The notes below the pieces were generated by a model. The model saw only the letters and a list, made by a program, of their open reading frames with translations, was not told where the DNA came from and ran no database searches. From an uncultured Rhodospirillales bacterium (GTDB taxonomy: Bacteria; Pseudomonadota; Alphaproteobacteria; CACIAM-22H2), in contig CALANV010000058.1 of NCBI GenBank assembly GCA_937926175.1, positions 47,544 to 111,543 of the forward strand: a stretch of DNA of 64,000 nucleotides, read 5' to 3'. Made by a program: the position numbers and the translations under genes. Positions 1 to 9,944 of this stretch are shown here, piece after piece. Position 1 is the stretch's first letter; each line of letters begins with the position of its first letter.

Positions 1-725
1 TCCTCGAGCGTGCGGGGACGCGGCAGGTCGATCGTGGTCCTGGACACGACGCGCCCGGGCCGGGCGCTGATCACGTAAACCGTGTCCGCGAGGTAGACGG
101 CTTCGCGCAGATCGTGTGTGACGAGGATGACGGTCGGCCGCTTTTCAAGCCAGAGTGTCTGCAGGATGCTCCACAGATCCTCGCGCGTGAACGCATCGAG
201 CGCGCCGAACGGCTCGTCGAGGAGGAGGAGATCCGGATCGTGGATCAGCGCGCGGCAGAGCGAGCTGCGCTGCTGCATGCCGCCGGAGAGCTGCCAGGGA
301 TACTTGTCCTCGAATCCCGCAAGGCCGACGGTGGCGAGCAGCTTCTTCGCGTGCGCGACGTACTTGTCGCGGTTGCGACGGAACTCGCTCGCATGCGGCT
401 CGACGATCTCCAGCGGCAGGAGCACGTTGTCGAGCGTCGTGCGCCAGGGCAGGAGCGTGGCGTTCTGGAACGCCATGCCGCAGATCTTGAGCGGCTTCGT
501 CACCGCCTGCCCGGCGACATGGACGGTGCCGCGCGTAGGCAGGTGCAGGCCCGAGACGAGCTTCAGCAAGGTCGACTTGCCGCAGCCGCTCGGGCCCACC
601 ACCGCCACGAACTCCCCCCTGTTGATGGTCAGGGAGGCATCCTGGAGAGCCAACGTGCCGGCGCCGTCCTTTCCGTAGACGAGGCTGACCTGATCGATAA
701 CGACGAACGGCGCAGTGCTGGACAT
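1..725 (-). CDS. ABC transporter ATP-binding protein, NitT/TauT (nitrate/sulfonate/bicarbonate) family; partial, C-terminus runs off window start
   Basis: Reverse translation begins MSSTAPFVVIDQVSLVYGKDGAGTLALQDASLTINRGEFVAVVGPSGCGKSTLL... with Walker A, LSGGMQQR signature and Walker B LLLDEPFGALD. ATG complement at 723-725. Confidence 0.9.
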   Translation of the reverse strand, partial: MSSTAPFVVIDQVSLVYGKDGAGTLALQDASLTINRGEFVAVVGPSGCGKSTLLKLVSGLHLPTRGTVHVAGQAVTKPLKICGMAFQNATLLPWRTTLDNVLLPLEIVEPHASEFRRNRDKYVAHAKKLLATVGLAGFEDKYPWQLSGGMQQRSSLCRALIHDPDLLLLDEPFGALDAFTREDLWSILQTLWLEKRPTVILVTHDLREAVYLADTVYVISARPGRVVSRTTIDLPRPRTLE

Positions 726-735
726 CGCAGAAGAC

Positions 736-1770
736 TCAGCGCTTGACCATCCGCTCCGCCGCCGGCGGCAGGAACTGTGCGGTGAAGACCTGCTCCGCCG
801 GAACCTTCCGGTCGAGGCCGAAGCCTTCGCTGACGAGGTCGATGTTCTGCTTCAGCCGTTCGACGTTCACGCCGCCCAGGCCTTCGCGCTTCACCTCGTC
901 GGTGAGGATGCTGGTGGCGATCGCCATCTCGAGGCGTTCGAGCTCGAGCGCTTCGTTGAGCAGCGGATCACGCTTCTTGATCGCGGCGATCGCGGCCTTG
1001 GGGTCGGCGATCGTGTCCTGGATGCCGCGGATCGTCGCGCGCACGAAGCCCTGCACGGCCTTGGGATTGTCCTTGAGCAGGGTAGGCGACGCGATGACGG
1101 CGTTGGAGTAGAGATCGACGCCGAGGTCCTTGTACATGAAGGTCTGGATGTTCTGCTCCGGGACGCCCAGGCCCTTGAGGGCGAGGATCGCCGTGAAGCT
1201 GAAGCCGGAGATCGCGTCGGTCTCGCCGCGCGCCAGCATCGGCTCGCGCAGCTGCGGGGCGACATTCGACCACTCCACCTTGGTTGCGTCGAAGCCGTTG
1301 ACCTTGGCGAAGATCGGGAACAGCCGGAACGGCGTGTCGAAGGACGGCGCCGCCGCCTTCTTGCCGACGAGGTCGGCGGGCTTGCTGATGCCCTTGTTCT
1401 TGAGCGTGATGATCGAGAACGGTGCCTGGTTGTAGACCATCAACACCGCCGGGATTTCCTTGCCGGGGTTCTTCGCGTTGAACTCGATCAGCGCGTTGAT
1501 GTCGCCGAAACCGATGTCGTAGGCGCCGCTCACCACGCGGTTCACTGTATCGGAGGAGCCGCGGCCGGCATCGATCGCCGTGACGTTCAGCCCCTCGGCC
1601 GCGTAGTAGCCCTTCTCCTGCGCGAGGAAGAACGGCGCCTGCGGTCCCTGCACCACGAAATCGAGCGTGAACTTGATGGGCGTCTGCGCGGCCGACGGCA
1701 TCGCACCGAGCGCGAGAGTGAAGCCCGCCGCCACCACGGCCGCAGTCCATGATGTCCGCATATTCAGCAT
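736..1770 (-). CDS. ABC transporter substrate-binding protein (NMT1/THI5-like, SsuA/TauA family)
   Basis: ORF 736..1869; likely start MLNMRTSWTAAVVAAGFTLALGAMPSAAQ (signal peptide) at 1770. Sits in an operon with the ATPase at 1-725. Confidence 0.8.
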   Translation of the reverse strand: MLNMRTSWTAAVVAAGFTLALGAMPSAAQTPIKFTLDFVVQGPQAPFFLAQEKGYYAAEGLNVTAIDAGRGSSDTVNRVVSGAYDIGFGDINALIEFNAKNPGKEIPAVLMVYNQAPFSIITLKNKGISKPADLVGKKAAAPSFDTPFRLFPIFAKVNGFDATKVEWSNVAPQLREPMLARGETDAISGFSFTAILALKGLGVPEQNIQTFMYKDLGVDLYSNAVIASPTLLKDNPKAVQGFVRATIRGIQDTIADPKAAIAAIKKRDPLLNEALELERLEMAIATSILTDEVKREGLGGVNVERLKQNIDLVSEGFGLDRKVPAEQVFTAQFLPPAAERMVKR

Positions 1771-1975
1771 GAGAAGGTCCCCATTGATTGCCTGACGCCT
1801 CGGCGTGCGCCGAGCCCCTGTCGCAAAGCCTCGCCGCCGATTGTCGCGACTCTTGCAAGCAAGCGGCATGCCGGACTGTGGTCGAACGCCTTGGCGGAGT
1901 CAACGTCGCCGAACGAGTCGGCGAGGGGGCGGTATTCCTTGCCGGACGGCGGTGGCCCGTCTATGTTCCGGCACC

Positions 1976-2494
1976 ATGCCGAAGCTGAAGGTTACCGAGC
2001 TCGACCACCTCGATGCGCCGGCGTTCATGGCCGCCTTGGGCCATGTCTTCGAGCACGCGCCGTGGGTCGCGATGCGGGCGGCGGCGCGCCGGCCGTTCGG
2101 CACGCGGGCGGCATTGCATCGCGCCATGATGCAGGTGGTGCAGGAGGCGAGCGAGGCGGAGCAGCTGGAACTCCTGCGCGGCCATCCGGAGCTTGCCGGC
2201 AAGGCGGCGCAAGCAGGCGATCTGACGGCCGATTCGGCGCGGGAGCAGGCGGGTGCCGGGCTGGATCGCCTGACGCCCGCGGAGTATGCGCGATTTCACG
2301 AACTCAACGACGCCTATCGCACCAAGTTCGGCTTCCCGTTCATCATGGCCGTGAAGGGCCGGACGAAGGACGAAATCCTGGCCGCTTTCGCGGCACGGCT
2401 CGACAACGACCGCGCGACGGAATTCGCGACCGCGCTCGAGCAGGTCGGCCGGATCGCCGCCTTCCGGCTTGCGGATCTGGTCGACGACTCGTGA
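1976..2494 (+). CDS. uraD: 2-oxo-4-hydroxy-4-carboxy-5-ureidoimidazoline (OHCU) decarboxylase
   Basis: [30 protein letters not shown]...GHPEL...[14 protein letters not shown] matches the OHCU decarboxylase family. ATG at 1976. Confidence 0.85.
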   Translation: MPKLKVTELDHLDAPAFMAALGHVFEHAPWVAMRAAARRPFGTRAALHRAMMQVVQEASEAEQLELLRGHPELAGKAAQAGDLTADSAREQAGAGLDRLTPAEYARFHELNDAYRTKFGFPFIMAVKGRTKDEILAAFAARLDNDRATEFATALEQVGRIAAFRLADLVDDS

Positions 2495-2513
2495 CGACCT
2501 GGAGGCAAACGCG

Positions 2514-2864
2514 ATGGGACGACTGACGACGCATGTCCTCGACACCGCGCGCGGCGTGCCGGCCGCCGGCATGTCCATCGAGCTCTTCTCGCTGGAGGGA
2601 ACGCGCACGCGGCTCAAATCCGTCGTGACGAACAAGGACGGGCGCACCGATGCACCGCTCCTCGAGGGCGACGCCCTCAAGGCCGGCCGATACGAACTGG
2701 TGTTCGCGGTCGCGGCCTATTTCCGCGCCGCGGGCCTGAATCTCGCCGACCCACCGTTCCTCGACGAGGTGCCGGTGCGGTTCGCGATCGCCGACCCCGC
2801 GGCGCACTACCACGTGCCGTTGCTCGCCTCACCATGGTCCTACACGACCTATCGGGGGAGCTAG
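2514..2864 (+). CDS. uraH: 5-hydroxyisourate hydrolase (transthyretin-like)
   Basis: [25 protein letters not shown]... with the C-terminal YRGS tetrapeptide diagnostic of HIU hydrolases. Confidence 0.9.
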   Translation: MGRLTTHVLDTARGVPAAGMSIELFSLEGTRTRLKSVVTNKDGRTDAPLLEGDALKAGRYELVFAVAAYFRAAGLNLADPPFLDEVPVRFAIADPAAHYHVPLLASPWSYTTYRGS

Positions 2865-2936
2865 AAGCCCTTGCATCCGTTCGGCCGGGCTGCGTGCTAG
2901 ACTTGCCGGGCCCTATCTGTTTGAAGCGAGTACGTC

Positions 2937-4355
2937 GTGGCCCCTGTCCGTTTCCTGCTCAACGGGACGCCGCGGACCGAGGATCGGGTTCCGCCGACGA
3001 CCACCGTTCTCGATTATCTGCGCACCGTCGCCCGTCTGACCGGCGTGAAGGAGGGGTGCGCGGAAGGCGACTGCGGCGCCTGCACGATCGTGCTCGGCCG
3101 GGCCGAGGGCGGCCGCATGCACTACCGCGCGGTGAATTCGTGCCTGATGATGCTGCCGCAGCTCGACGGCGCCGCCGTTCTCACCGTCGAGGGGCTTGCC
3201 CCGCCGGACGGCCCGCTCCATCCGGTCCAGCAGGCGATGATCGAAAGTGACGCGACCCAGTGCGGTTTCTGCACGCCCGGCTTCGTCATGTCGATCTTTG
3301 CCCTCGCGCAGGAAGACGCGCCGATGAGCGAGGACGACATTCACGAGGCGCTCGCGGGCAATCTCTGCCGGTGCACGGGCTATCGGTCGATCGTGGCGGC
3401 ATGCCGGCGCGTGGCCGGCCGCACCGAGGCACCCCGCATCGATGTCGCCGCCGTTCCGGCATCGCCGCGCTGCACACGCTATGAAGTCGACGGCCAGCGT
3501 TTCCTCGCGCCCGAGTCGCTCGACGAGCTGCTGGCCTTGCGCGCCGCGCATCCCGAAGCGTTGCTGCTCGCCGGCGGCACCGATCTCGGCCTTCTGGTCA
3601 GCAAGGAACGGCGCAAGCTGCCGCTCGTGATCGCCACGGCGAACGTGCCGGCGCTGCGGCGCATCGAACACGGTCCGGATTCGCTCATCCTCGGCGCCGC
3701 CGTGACCTATACCGAGGCGCTGCCGCATCTCGAAGCCGCGTTTCCCGCGTTCGCCCGGCTGGTGCGGCGGATCGGCTCGCGGCAGATCCGCAATCTCGGC
3801 ACGCTCGGCGGCAATCTCGGCACCGCATCGCCGATCGGCGACACGCTTCCCTGCCTGGTGGCGCTGGGGGCGGAGGTCCTGCTGCGGTCGCAGATCGGCG
3901 CACGGACCGTGCCGATCGAGGACTTCCTGCTGGGCTATCGCAAGACGGCGCTGCAGCCGACCGAGATCATCGAGGCGATTCGCATCCCGCGGCTCGCACC
4001 CGGCCAGCGGCTGTTCGCCTACAAGCTGTCGAAGCGTTTCGATCAGGACATCTCCTCGGTCGCCGCGGCATACCGGCTGACGGTCGAGGACGGCATCGTT
4101 CGCGAGTTGCGCGCCGCCTATGGCGGCATGGCGGACCGGGTGAAGCGGGCCCGCGCGGTCGAGGCGGCGCTCGTCGGCCGGCCCTGGACCGCGGCGACGC
4201 TGGCCGAGATCGATCGGGCGGTGGCCGAGGACTTCACGCCCCTCAGCGATCATCGTGCCGGTGCCGCGTACCGGCTGCGTGCGGCCGCAAATCTTCTGCG
4301 CCGCCTGCAGCTCGAAAGCACCGGTGCGGCGCTGTCGCGCTTGGAGGCCCTATGA
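2937..4355 (+). CDS. xdhA: xanthine dehydrogenase small subunit (2Fe-2S + FAD-binding)
   Basis: N-terminal ferredoxin-like CxxGxCGAC...C motif (GCAEGDCGACTIV), CRCTGY, FAD-binding domain. GTG start. Overlaps xdhB start. Confidence 0.9.
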   Translation: MAPVRFLLNGTPRTEDRVPPTTTVLDYLRTVARLTGVKEGCAEGDCGACTIVLGRAEGGRMHYRAVNSCLMMLPQLDGAAVLTVEGLAPPDGPLHPVQQAMIESDATQCGFCTPGFVMSIFALAQEDAPMSEDDIHEALAGNLCRCTGYRSIVAACRRVAGRTEAPRIDVAAVPASPRCTRYEVDGQRFLAPESLDELLALRAAHPEALLLAGGTDLGLLVSKERRKLPLVIATANVPALRRIEHGPDSLILGAAVTYTEALPHLEAAFPAFARLVRRIGSRQIRNLGTLGGNLGTASPIGDTLPCLVALGAEVLLRSQIGARTVPIEDFLLGYRKTALQPTEIIEAIRIPRLAPGQRLFAYKLSKRFDQDISSVAAAYRLTVEDGIVRELRAAYGGMADRVKRARAVEAALVGRPWTAATLAEIDRAVAEDFTPLSDHRAGAAYRLRAAANLLRRLQLESTGAALSRLEAL

Positions 4356-6682
4356 ACGCGCCGGTCGCCCGCCGCATCGAGGGTGGCGTCCACCAGTCGG
4401 TGCACCACGACAGCGCCGTCGGCCACGTCACCGGACGCGCACTCTATATCGACGACATCCCCGTGCCCGCCGGCACGCTGGAGGCGGCGCTGGTGCTGAG
4501 CCCGCACGCTCATGCCCGGATCGCCCGCATCGATACCGCGGCGGCGCTCGCCGCGCCCGGCGTGGTCGCGGTCGTTACCGCCGCCGACATTCCGGGCAAG
4601 AACGACATCGGGCCGATCCTGGGCGGCGAGCCGGCGCTCGCGGCCGGGGTCGTCGAATATGTCGGCCAGCCCGTGGCGGCCGTCGCGGCCCGCACCCTCG
4701 ACGAGGCACGCGAAGCGGCCAAGCTGGTCGCGATCGAGTATGAGGTTCTTCCGCCCGTGCTGACGATCGAAGAGGCGATGGCGCGCGAACAGTACGTCTC
4801 GCCGCCGCAGACCATCGCGCGCGGCGACGTTGCCGCCGGCATGGCGGCGGCGACGCATCGCCTGACGGGCGAAGTCCGCTGCGGCGGCCAGGACCATTTC
4901 TATCTCGAGGGGCAGATCGCCCTCGCGATGCCGGGCGAGGAGCGGGACATGGTGATCCTGAGCTCCACGCAGCATCCGACCGAGGTGCAGCGCGGCGTCG
5001 CGCATCTGCTGGGTCTGCCGTTCAACGCCGTCACCTGCGAGGTCCGGCGGATGGGTGGCGCCTTCGGCGGCAAGGAGAGCCAGGCGACGATTATCGCCGG
5101 CATCGCCGCCTTGCTCGCCTGGCGGACCAAACGTCCGGTCAAACTTCGCCTGCCGCGCGACGACGACATGCGCGCGACGGGCAAGCGCCATCCGTTCCTG
5201 ATCCGCTGGGACGTCGGGTTCGACGCCGAAGGGCGCATCCTGGCGCTCGATATGACGCTGGCGGCGAACGGCGGCAACGTCGCGGACCATACGCCGGCGG
5301 TCGTGACGCGCGCGCTATGCCATGCGGACAACTGCTACTGGCTGCCCAATGTCCGCCTGCACGGCCTGCCCTGCAAGACGAACACCGTCTCGAACACGGC
5401 CTTTCGCGGGTATGGCGGACCGCAGGGCATGCTGGCGATCGAGACCGTGATCGACGCGATCGCGCGCCATCTCGGCCTTCCGCTCGAGACTGTGCGGCGG
5501 CGGAACTTCTACGGCATCGGGCGAAACGACGTCACGCCCTACGGCATGACGGTGGAGGACAATATCATCGCCCGCGTGGTCGACGAGCTCGAGCGCAGCG
5601 CGGATCTCGCCCAGTGGCGCGAACAAGTCATCGCGTTCAACCGCACGAGTCCGGTGATCAAGAAGGGCCTGGCGACGATGCCGGTCAAATTCGGCATCTC
5701 GTTCAACAATCCGCGCCTCAATCAGGCCGGCGCGCTCGTCCACGTCTACACCGACGGCAGCGTCCATCTGAACCACGGCGGCACCGAGATGGGGCAGGGG
5801 CTGTTCGTGAAGGTGGCGCAGGTCGTGGCCGAGGTCTTCCAGATCGACCACGCCAATATCCGCGTCTCGGCGACCAGCACGGGCAAGGTCCCGAATACGT
5901 CACCGACCGCCGCCTCGTCCGGATCGGATCTGAACGGGATGGCGGCGCTCGCCGCGGCCGAGCAGATCAAGGGACGCATGACGGAGGTCGCTGCGGCGCA
6001 TTTCGGCGTTCCGCCCGGCGAAATCGTGTTCGCCGAGAACCGGGTGTTCGCCGGCAACCAGAGTCTCTCCTTCGCGGAACTGGCGCAGCTCTGCTGGGAA
6101 CAGCGCGTCTCGCTGTCGGCCACGGGCTATTACCGCACGCCCAAGATCCATTGGGACCCGAAGACGATGACGGGGCGGCCGTTCTTCTACTTCGTCTATG
6201 CCGCCGCCGCCGCCGAGGTCGCGGTCGACACGCTGACCGGCGAGACGCGGGTGCTGCGGGTCGACATCCTCGAGGATTGCGGGAACTCGCTCAATCCCGC
6301 GATCGACCTCGGTCAGATCGAGGGCGGTTTCGTCCAGGGCATGGGCTGGCTGACCACGGAGGAACTGTGGTGGGACGATCAGGGCCGTCTGCGCACCCAC
6401 GGCCCGTCGACATACAAGATTCCCGGCAGCCGCGACGTGCCGCCCGTCTTCAACGTGCGGCTGCTCGAGAACGCGCCCAACCGCGAGAACACGATCTTCC
6501 GCTCCAAAGCCGTGGGCGAGCCGCCGCTGATGCTGGCAATATCGGTCTGGCTCGCGATCCGCGACGCGATCGCGAGTCTTGCCGACTACCGTCTTGCGCC
6601 GAAACTCGACGCGCCGGCGACGCCGGAACGCGTGCTTGCGGCGGTCGACGATATCCGCGCGCGTGCCGCGGCCGAACGTTAG
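4352..6682 (+). CDS. xdhB: xanthine dehydrogenase molybdopterin-binding large subunit
   Basis: 776 aa aldehyde oxidase/xanthine dehydrogenase a/b hammerhead plus MoCo-binding domains (GGAFGGKE, PIHWDP-like regions). ATGA overlap with xdhA. Confidence 0.9.
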   Translation: MNAPVARRIEGGVHQSVHHDSAVGHVTGRALYIDDIPVPAGTLEAALVLSPHAHARIARIDTAAALAAPGVVAVVTAADIPGKNDIGPILGGEPALAAGVVEYVGQPVAAVAARTLDEAREAAKLVAIEYEVLPPVLTIEEAMAREQYVSPPQTIARGDVAAGMAAATHRLTGEVRCGGQDHFYLEGQIALAMPGEERDMVILSSTQHPTEVQRGVAHLLGLPFNAVTCEVRRMGGAFGGKESQATIIAGIAALLAWRTKRPVKLRLPRDDDMRATGKRHPFLIRWDVGFDAEGRILALDMTLAANGGNVADHTPAVVTRALCHADNCYWLPNVRLHGLPCKTNTVSNTAFRGYGGPQGMLAIETVIDAIARHLGLPLETVRRRNFYGIGRNDVTPYGMTVEDNIIARVVDELERSADLAQWREQVIAFNRTSPVIKKGLATMPVKFGISFNNPRLNQAGALVHVYTDGSVHLNHGGTEMGQGLFVKVAQVVAEVFQIDHANIRVSATSTGKVPNTSPTAASSGSDLNGMAALAAAEQIKGRMTEVAAAHFGVPPGEIVFAENRVFAGNQSLSFAELAQLCWEQRVSLSATGYYRTPKIHWDPKTMTGRPFFYFVYAAAAAEVAVDTLTGETRVLRVDILEDCGNSLNPAIDLGQIEGGFVQGMGWLTTEELWWDDQGRLRTHGPSTYKIPGSRDVPPVFNVRLLENAPNRENTIFRSKAVGEPPLMLAISVWLAIRDAIASLADYRLAPKLDAPATPERVLAAVDDIRARAAAER

Positions 6683-6692
6683 GGGGAACGCC

Positions 6693-7886
6693 ATGGACTT
6701 GGTTCTGACGGAGTGGCTCAGCATGCTCGTGCGCTGGCTGCACGTCATCGCCGGCATCGCCTGGATCGGCAGCTCGTTCTACTTCATTCATCTCGATCTC
6801 AGCCTGCGCAAGCGCGAAGGCCTGCCGCCCGGCGTACATGGCGAGGCCTGGCAGGTGCACGGCGGCGGCTTCTATCACATGATGAAGTACCTGGTGGCGC
6901 CGGCGCGCCTGCCGGACGAGCTAACCTGGTTCAAGTGGGAAGCCTATACGACATGGCTCTCCGGCTTCGGGCTGCTTGTCTTGGTTTATTACCTGGGCGC
7001 GGAGCTCTACCTGATCGATCGCTCCGTCCTCGACCTGTCGCCCGCCGCGGCGATCGGCCTCAGTCTCGGCGGCCTGATCGTGCCGTGGCTGATCTACGAA
7101 GCCCTGTGCCGCTCGCCGCTCGGCCGGCACCAGGTCGCCCTGGCGGCGGTCGGCTATGTGTTCCTGGTCGCGCTGACCTATGGCTTCACGCTGGTCTTCG
7201 GCGGGCGCGGCGCCTTCATCCAGATCGGCGCACTGATCGGCACGATCATGGTGGCGAACGTCTTCGTCGTCATCATCCCGAACCAGAAGAAGGTCGTGGC
7301 GGCACTCCTCGCGGGCGAGACGCCGGCCGAATGGCTCGGCGCGCAGGCCAAGCAGCGCTCGGTGCACAACAATTATCTGACGTTGCCGGTCATCTTCCTG
7401 ATGATCAGCAATCACTATCCGCTGCTGTTCGCCACGCGCTACAACTGGCTGATCGTCGCGATCGTGCTCGCGCTGGGACCCGTCATCCGCCACTTCTTCA
7501 ATTCGCGCCATGCCGGCAAGGGCAGTCCGTGGTGGACCTGGGCGGTCGCGGCCGCCGGCGTCATTGCGATCGCATGGCTTTCCGGGGCGGGACCGCGTGA
7601 AGGCGCGGCGGCGGCCGTCGAACGGCCCGACTTCGCGGCCGTGGAGGAGATCGTGACGGCCCGCTGCAGCATGTGCCATGCCGCCGAGCCCGTTTGGGCG
7701 GGCATCGCCGCAGCGCCCAAGGGCATCCGGCTCGACACGGCCGAGATGACCCGCCGCCACGCCGCGCTCATCGAGCTCAACGCCGTACGTTCGAACGCCA
7801 TGCCCCCGGGCAACGTGACCGACATGACGGCCGAGGAGCGCGCCGTGCTGGCGGCGTGGCGCGCGACCGACCCGGGCAACGAGTAG
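6693..7886 (+). CDS. puuD: urate hydroxylase PuuD (integral membrane cytochrome c urate oxidase)
   Basis: Multi-TM N-terminal domain (MDLVLTEWLSMLVRWLHVIAGIAWIGSSFYF...) plus a C-terminal mono-heme cytochrome c motif CSMCH. RBS GGGGGAA 6 nt upstream. Immediately downstream of xdhB. Confidence 0.75.
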   Translation: MDLVLTEWLSMLVRWLHVIAGIAWIGSSFYFIHLDLSLRKREGLPPGVHGEAWQVHGGGFYHMMKYLVAPARLPDELTWFKWEAYTTWLSGFGLLVLVYYLGAELYLIDRSVLDLSPAAAIGLSLGGLIVPWLIYEALCRSPLGRHQVALAAVGYVFLVALTYGFTLVFGGRGAFIQIGALIGTIMVANVFVVIIPNQKKVVAALLAGETPAEWLGAQAKQRSVHNNYLTLPVIFLMISNHYPLLFATRYNWLIVAIVLALGPVIRHFFNSRHAGKGSPWWTWAVAAAGVIAIAWLSGAGPREGAAAAVERPDFAAVEEIVTARCSMCHAAEPVWAGIAAAPKGIRLDTAEMTRRHAALIELNAVRSNAMPPGNVTDMTAEERAVLAAWRATDPGNE

Positions 7887-7900
7887 CGGCGGCCCGCCGC

Positions 7901-8926
7901 TTACGCGGCGCGCGCCGGCCGGCGTTCCAGGCTGAACGCTTCCGCGATCAGCTCGTAGGAACGCTTGCGGGCGGCGAAGTCGTAACAGATCGAGACGATG
8001 ACGAACTCGTCGACGCCATAGCGCGCGCCGAGCTCGAGCAGGCGCGCCTTCACCTGTTCGGGCGTGCCGACGATCTGGCGCCGGCGGTTGTAGGCGATGC
8101 GCGCGCGCTCCGCATCGCTGTAGGGATAGGCGAGCGCCTCCTCGACCGAGGGAACCGGGCTGATGATGCCCTGGTCGAGCCGCAGCCGCCAAAGATCGCG
8201 GCTGGCGGCGAGACGTTCCGCCTCGGCCTCGGTGTCGGCGCACAGCACGAAAACGCCGATGCTGCCGCGCGGCTTCGGATACGCGGCCGAGGGGCGATAC
8301 GAGTCGCGATAGGCCTGCATGATCTCGGGCCCCATGCGCTCGGTGATGAAATGCGCGAACGAGAACGGCAGGCCGAAATGCGCGGCATATGCAGCGCTCT
8401 GGTCGCTCGAGCCCAGGACCCAGAATTCCGGCACCGTCGGTCCGACCGGCATCGCACGGACGCCGGCGAAGGGGTGATCGGGCGGCACCGCGTCGTTGAG
8501 ATAGGCAAGGAGATCGGCGATCTGCGCGGGAAAGTACTCGATCGGCAACGCGCCAGGCCCGTGCCGGAGCGCCTGCGCCGTGCGCGGATCGCTGCCCGGC
8601 GCGCGGCCGATGCCGAGGTCGATCCGGCCGGGATAGAGCGTCTCCAGCATGCGGAAGGTCTCGGCGACCTTCAGCGCGCTGTAATGACTGAGCATGACGC
8701 CGCCGCTGCCGACGCGGATCGCGGTGGTCGCCGCCGCGATCCGCGCGATCAGGATCTCGGGCGCCGTTCCGGCAAGTCCTTCGGCGTTGTGATGTTCGGC
8801 AAGCCAGTAACGGTGATAGCCGAGCTGCTCGCAATACTGGGCCAGCTCGATGGTTTCGGCGATCGCCTGCGCCGGCGTTCCGCCGGCGCGGATCGGTGAC
8901 TGGTCGAGGACGCCAAGAATCGGCAT
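7901..8926 (-). CDS. LLM-class flavin-dependent oxidoreductase (luciferase-like monooxygenase, MsnO8-like)
   Basis: MPILGVLDQSPIRAGGTPAQAIAETIELAQYCEQLGYHRYWLAEHHN... The ORF extends to a GTG at 8983; the internal ATG (MPILGV) is the more typical family N-terminus. Confidence 0.8.
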   Translation of the reverse strand: MPILGVLDQSPIRAGGTPAQAIAETIELAQYCEQLGYHRYWLAEHHNAEGLAGTAPEILIARIAAATTAIRVGSGGVMLSHYSALKVAETFRMLETLYPGRIDLGIGRAPGSDPRTAQALRHGPGALPIEYFPAQIADLLAYLNDAVPPDHPFAGVRAMPVGPTVPEFWVLGSSDQSAAYAAHFGLPFSFAHFITERMGPEIMQAYRDSYRPSAAYPKPRGSIGVFVLCADTEAEAERLAASRDLWRLRLDQGIISPVPSVEEALAYPYSDAERARIAYNRRRQIVGTPEQVKARLLELGARYGVDEFVIVSICYDFAARKRSYELIAEAFSLERRPARAA

Positions 8927-9134
8927 TTCGTACACGGGACCGTCGATCAGCGCCCGAGCCCGGCGCGGCCGAGCGTCGGGCACGCGGCAATCAGATGCCG
9001 CCGGTCGAGCCGCATGTTCCCGAGCCCAATCCGCCGGACAGCGGTTTGACCTCCATGAAGATGCGCAAGCCCGCCGGCATCGACGGTCCTGATCGCCTTG
9101 CGCCCGCTCCCGGCGGGGATGAAGAGCAGCGATC

Positions 9135-9587
9135 TCATGCGGGGCGCCGCTTCATCAGGGCGCTGCGCCGGCAGATCGCCACCTGCTCGCCGCGCTGGTT
9201 GAGCGCGATGTGCTCGAACTCGACGATGCCGGCGTCAGGGCGCGACTTGCTCTCGCGCTTGGCCACGACCCGCGTCACCGTCCTGATGGTGTCGCCGTGA
9301 AAGACCGGCCTGGGGAACCGCACATCCGTCATGCCCAGATTGGCGATGGTCGTGCCCAGCGTGGTGTCGCCGACCGACTGGCCGATCATCAGCCCCAGCG
9401 TGAACAGGCTGTTGACGATGCGCTGACCGAACTCGGACTTCTCCGCGAACTCCGCGTCGATGTGCAGCGGCTGCGGATTCTGCGTCAGCAGCGAAAACCA
9501 CATGTTGTCGGTTTCGGTCACGGTCCGCGTCAGCGCGTGTTCGATCGTCTGGCCGACCTCGAACTCCTCGTAAAAAAGTCCTGGCAC
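9135..9587 (-). CDS. MaoC-like (R)-specific enoyl-CoA hydratase/dehydratase
   Basis: (V)PGLFYEEFEVGQTIEHALTRTVTETDNMWFSLLTQNPQPLHID... hotdog-fold MaoC signature. GTG start with a GGGGAAGG SD. ORF could extend to 9620. Confidence 0.8.
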   Translation of the reverse strand: MPGLFYEEFEVGQTIEHALTRTVTETDNMWFSLLTQNPQPLHIDAEFAEKSEFGQRIVNSLFTLGLMIGQSVGDTTLGTTIANLGMTDVRFPRPVFHGDTIRTVTRVVAKRESKSRPDAGIVEFEHIALNQRGEQVAICRRSALMKRRPA

Positions 9588-9713
9588 GCCCGCCTTCCCC
9601 CAGCAACTTTGGCGCGGCAAATCTGGGGGCTCGGGCGAAGCGAGTCAATGTCGCCGAAAACGAAAGGGCCCGCGCGGATCCGCGCGGGCCCGGGCTGATC
9701 GTGGCAGCGACCG

Positions 9714-9944
9714 TCAGGCGGGCTTGGCGTAGTCGCGTTCGATCTGCGGATCCTCTTCCTTGGCCTGCTGCTTGCCGGTCTTCTCGGCGCGCTCGAGCGC
9801 CTCGCGCTCGGTACCCTCGCGCGCCTTCATCGCTTCGTCGGCCTTCTTCTCGACCTGCCCGGATTCGACGAACTGGCGCGTGGCCTCGTTGTATTCCTTG
9901 GCGGCGGTCTTGTTGCCTTCGCCTTCGTTACGCTGCTTGGTCAT
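9714..9944 (-). CDS. small hydrophilic Lys/Glu-rich protein (76 aa), putative general-stress protein; nested in-frame in the 9714..10535 ORF
   Basis: MTKQRNEGEGNKTAAKEYNEATRQFVESGQVEKKADEAMKAREG... has its own SD GAGGAA 9 nt upstream of the ATG at 9944. High GC3. Confidence 0.45.
   Translation of the reverse strand: MTKQRNEGEGNKTAAKEYNEATRQFVESGQVEKKADEAMKAREGTEREALERAEKTGKQQAKEEDPQIERDYAKPA

Noticed and set aside
6683-6692. Expected xdhC (XDH maturation chaperone) between xdhB and the next gene
   Set aside because: There are only 10 nt between the xdhB stop and the puuD start, so no xdhC can be encoded here. This is reported as an absence and not a feature.
2913-8990. Long antisense ORFs overlapping xdhA, xdhB, puuD and the LLM gene (for example 2913..4253-, 4250..5290-, 6921..8990-, 7673..8899+)
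   Set aside because: They are Arg/Ala/Pro-rich with no recognisable domains. This is the typical high-GC off-frame artefact opposite strongly supported genes.
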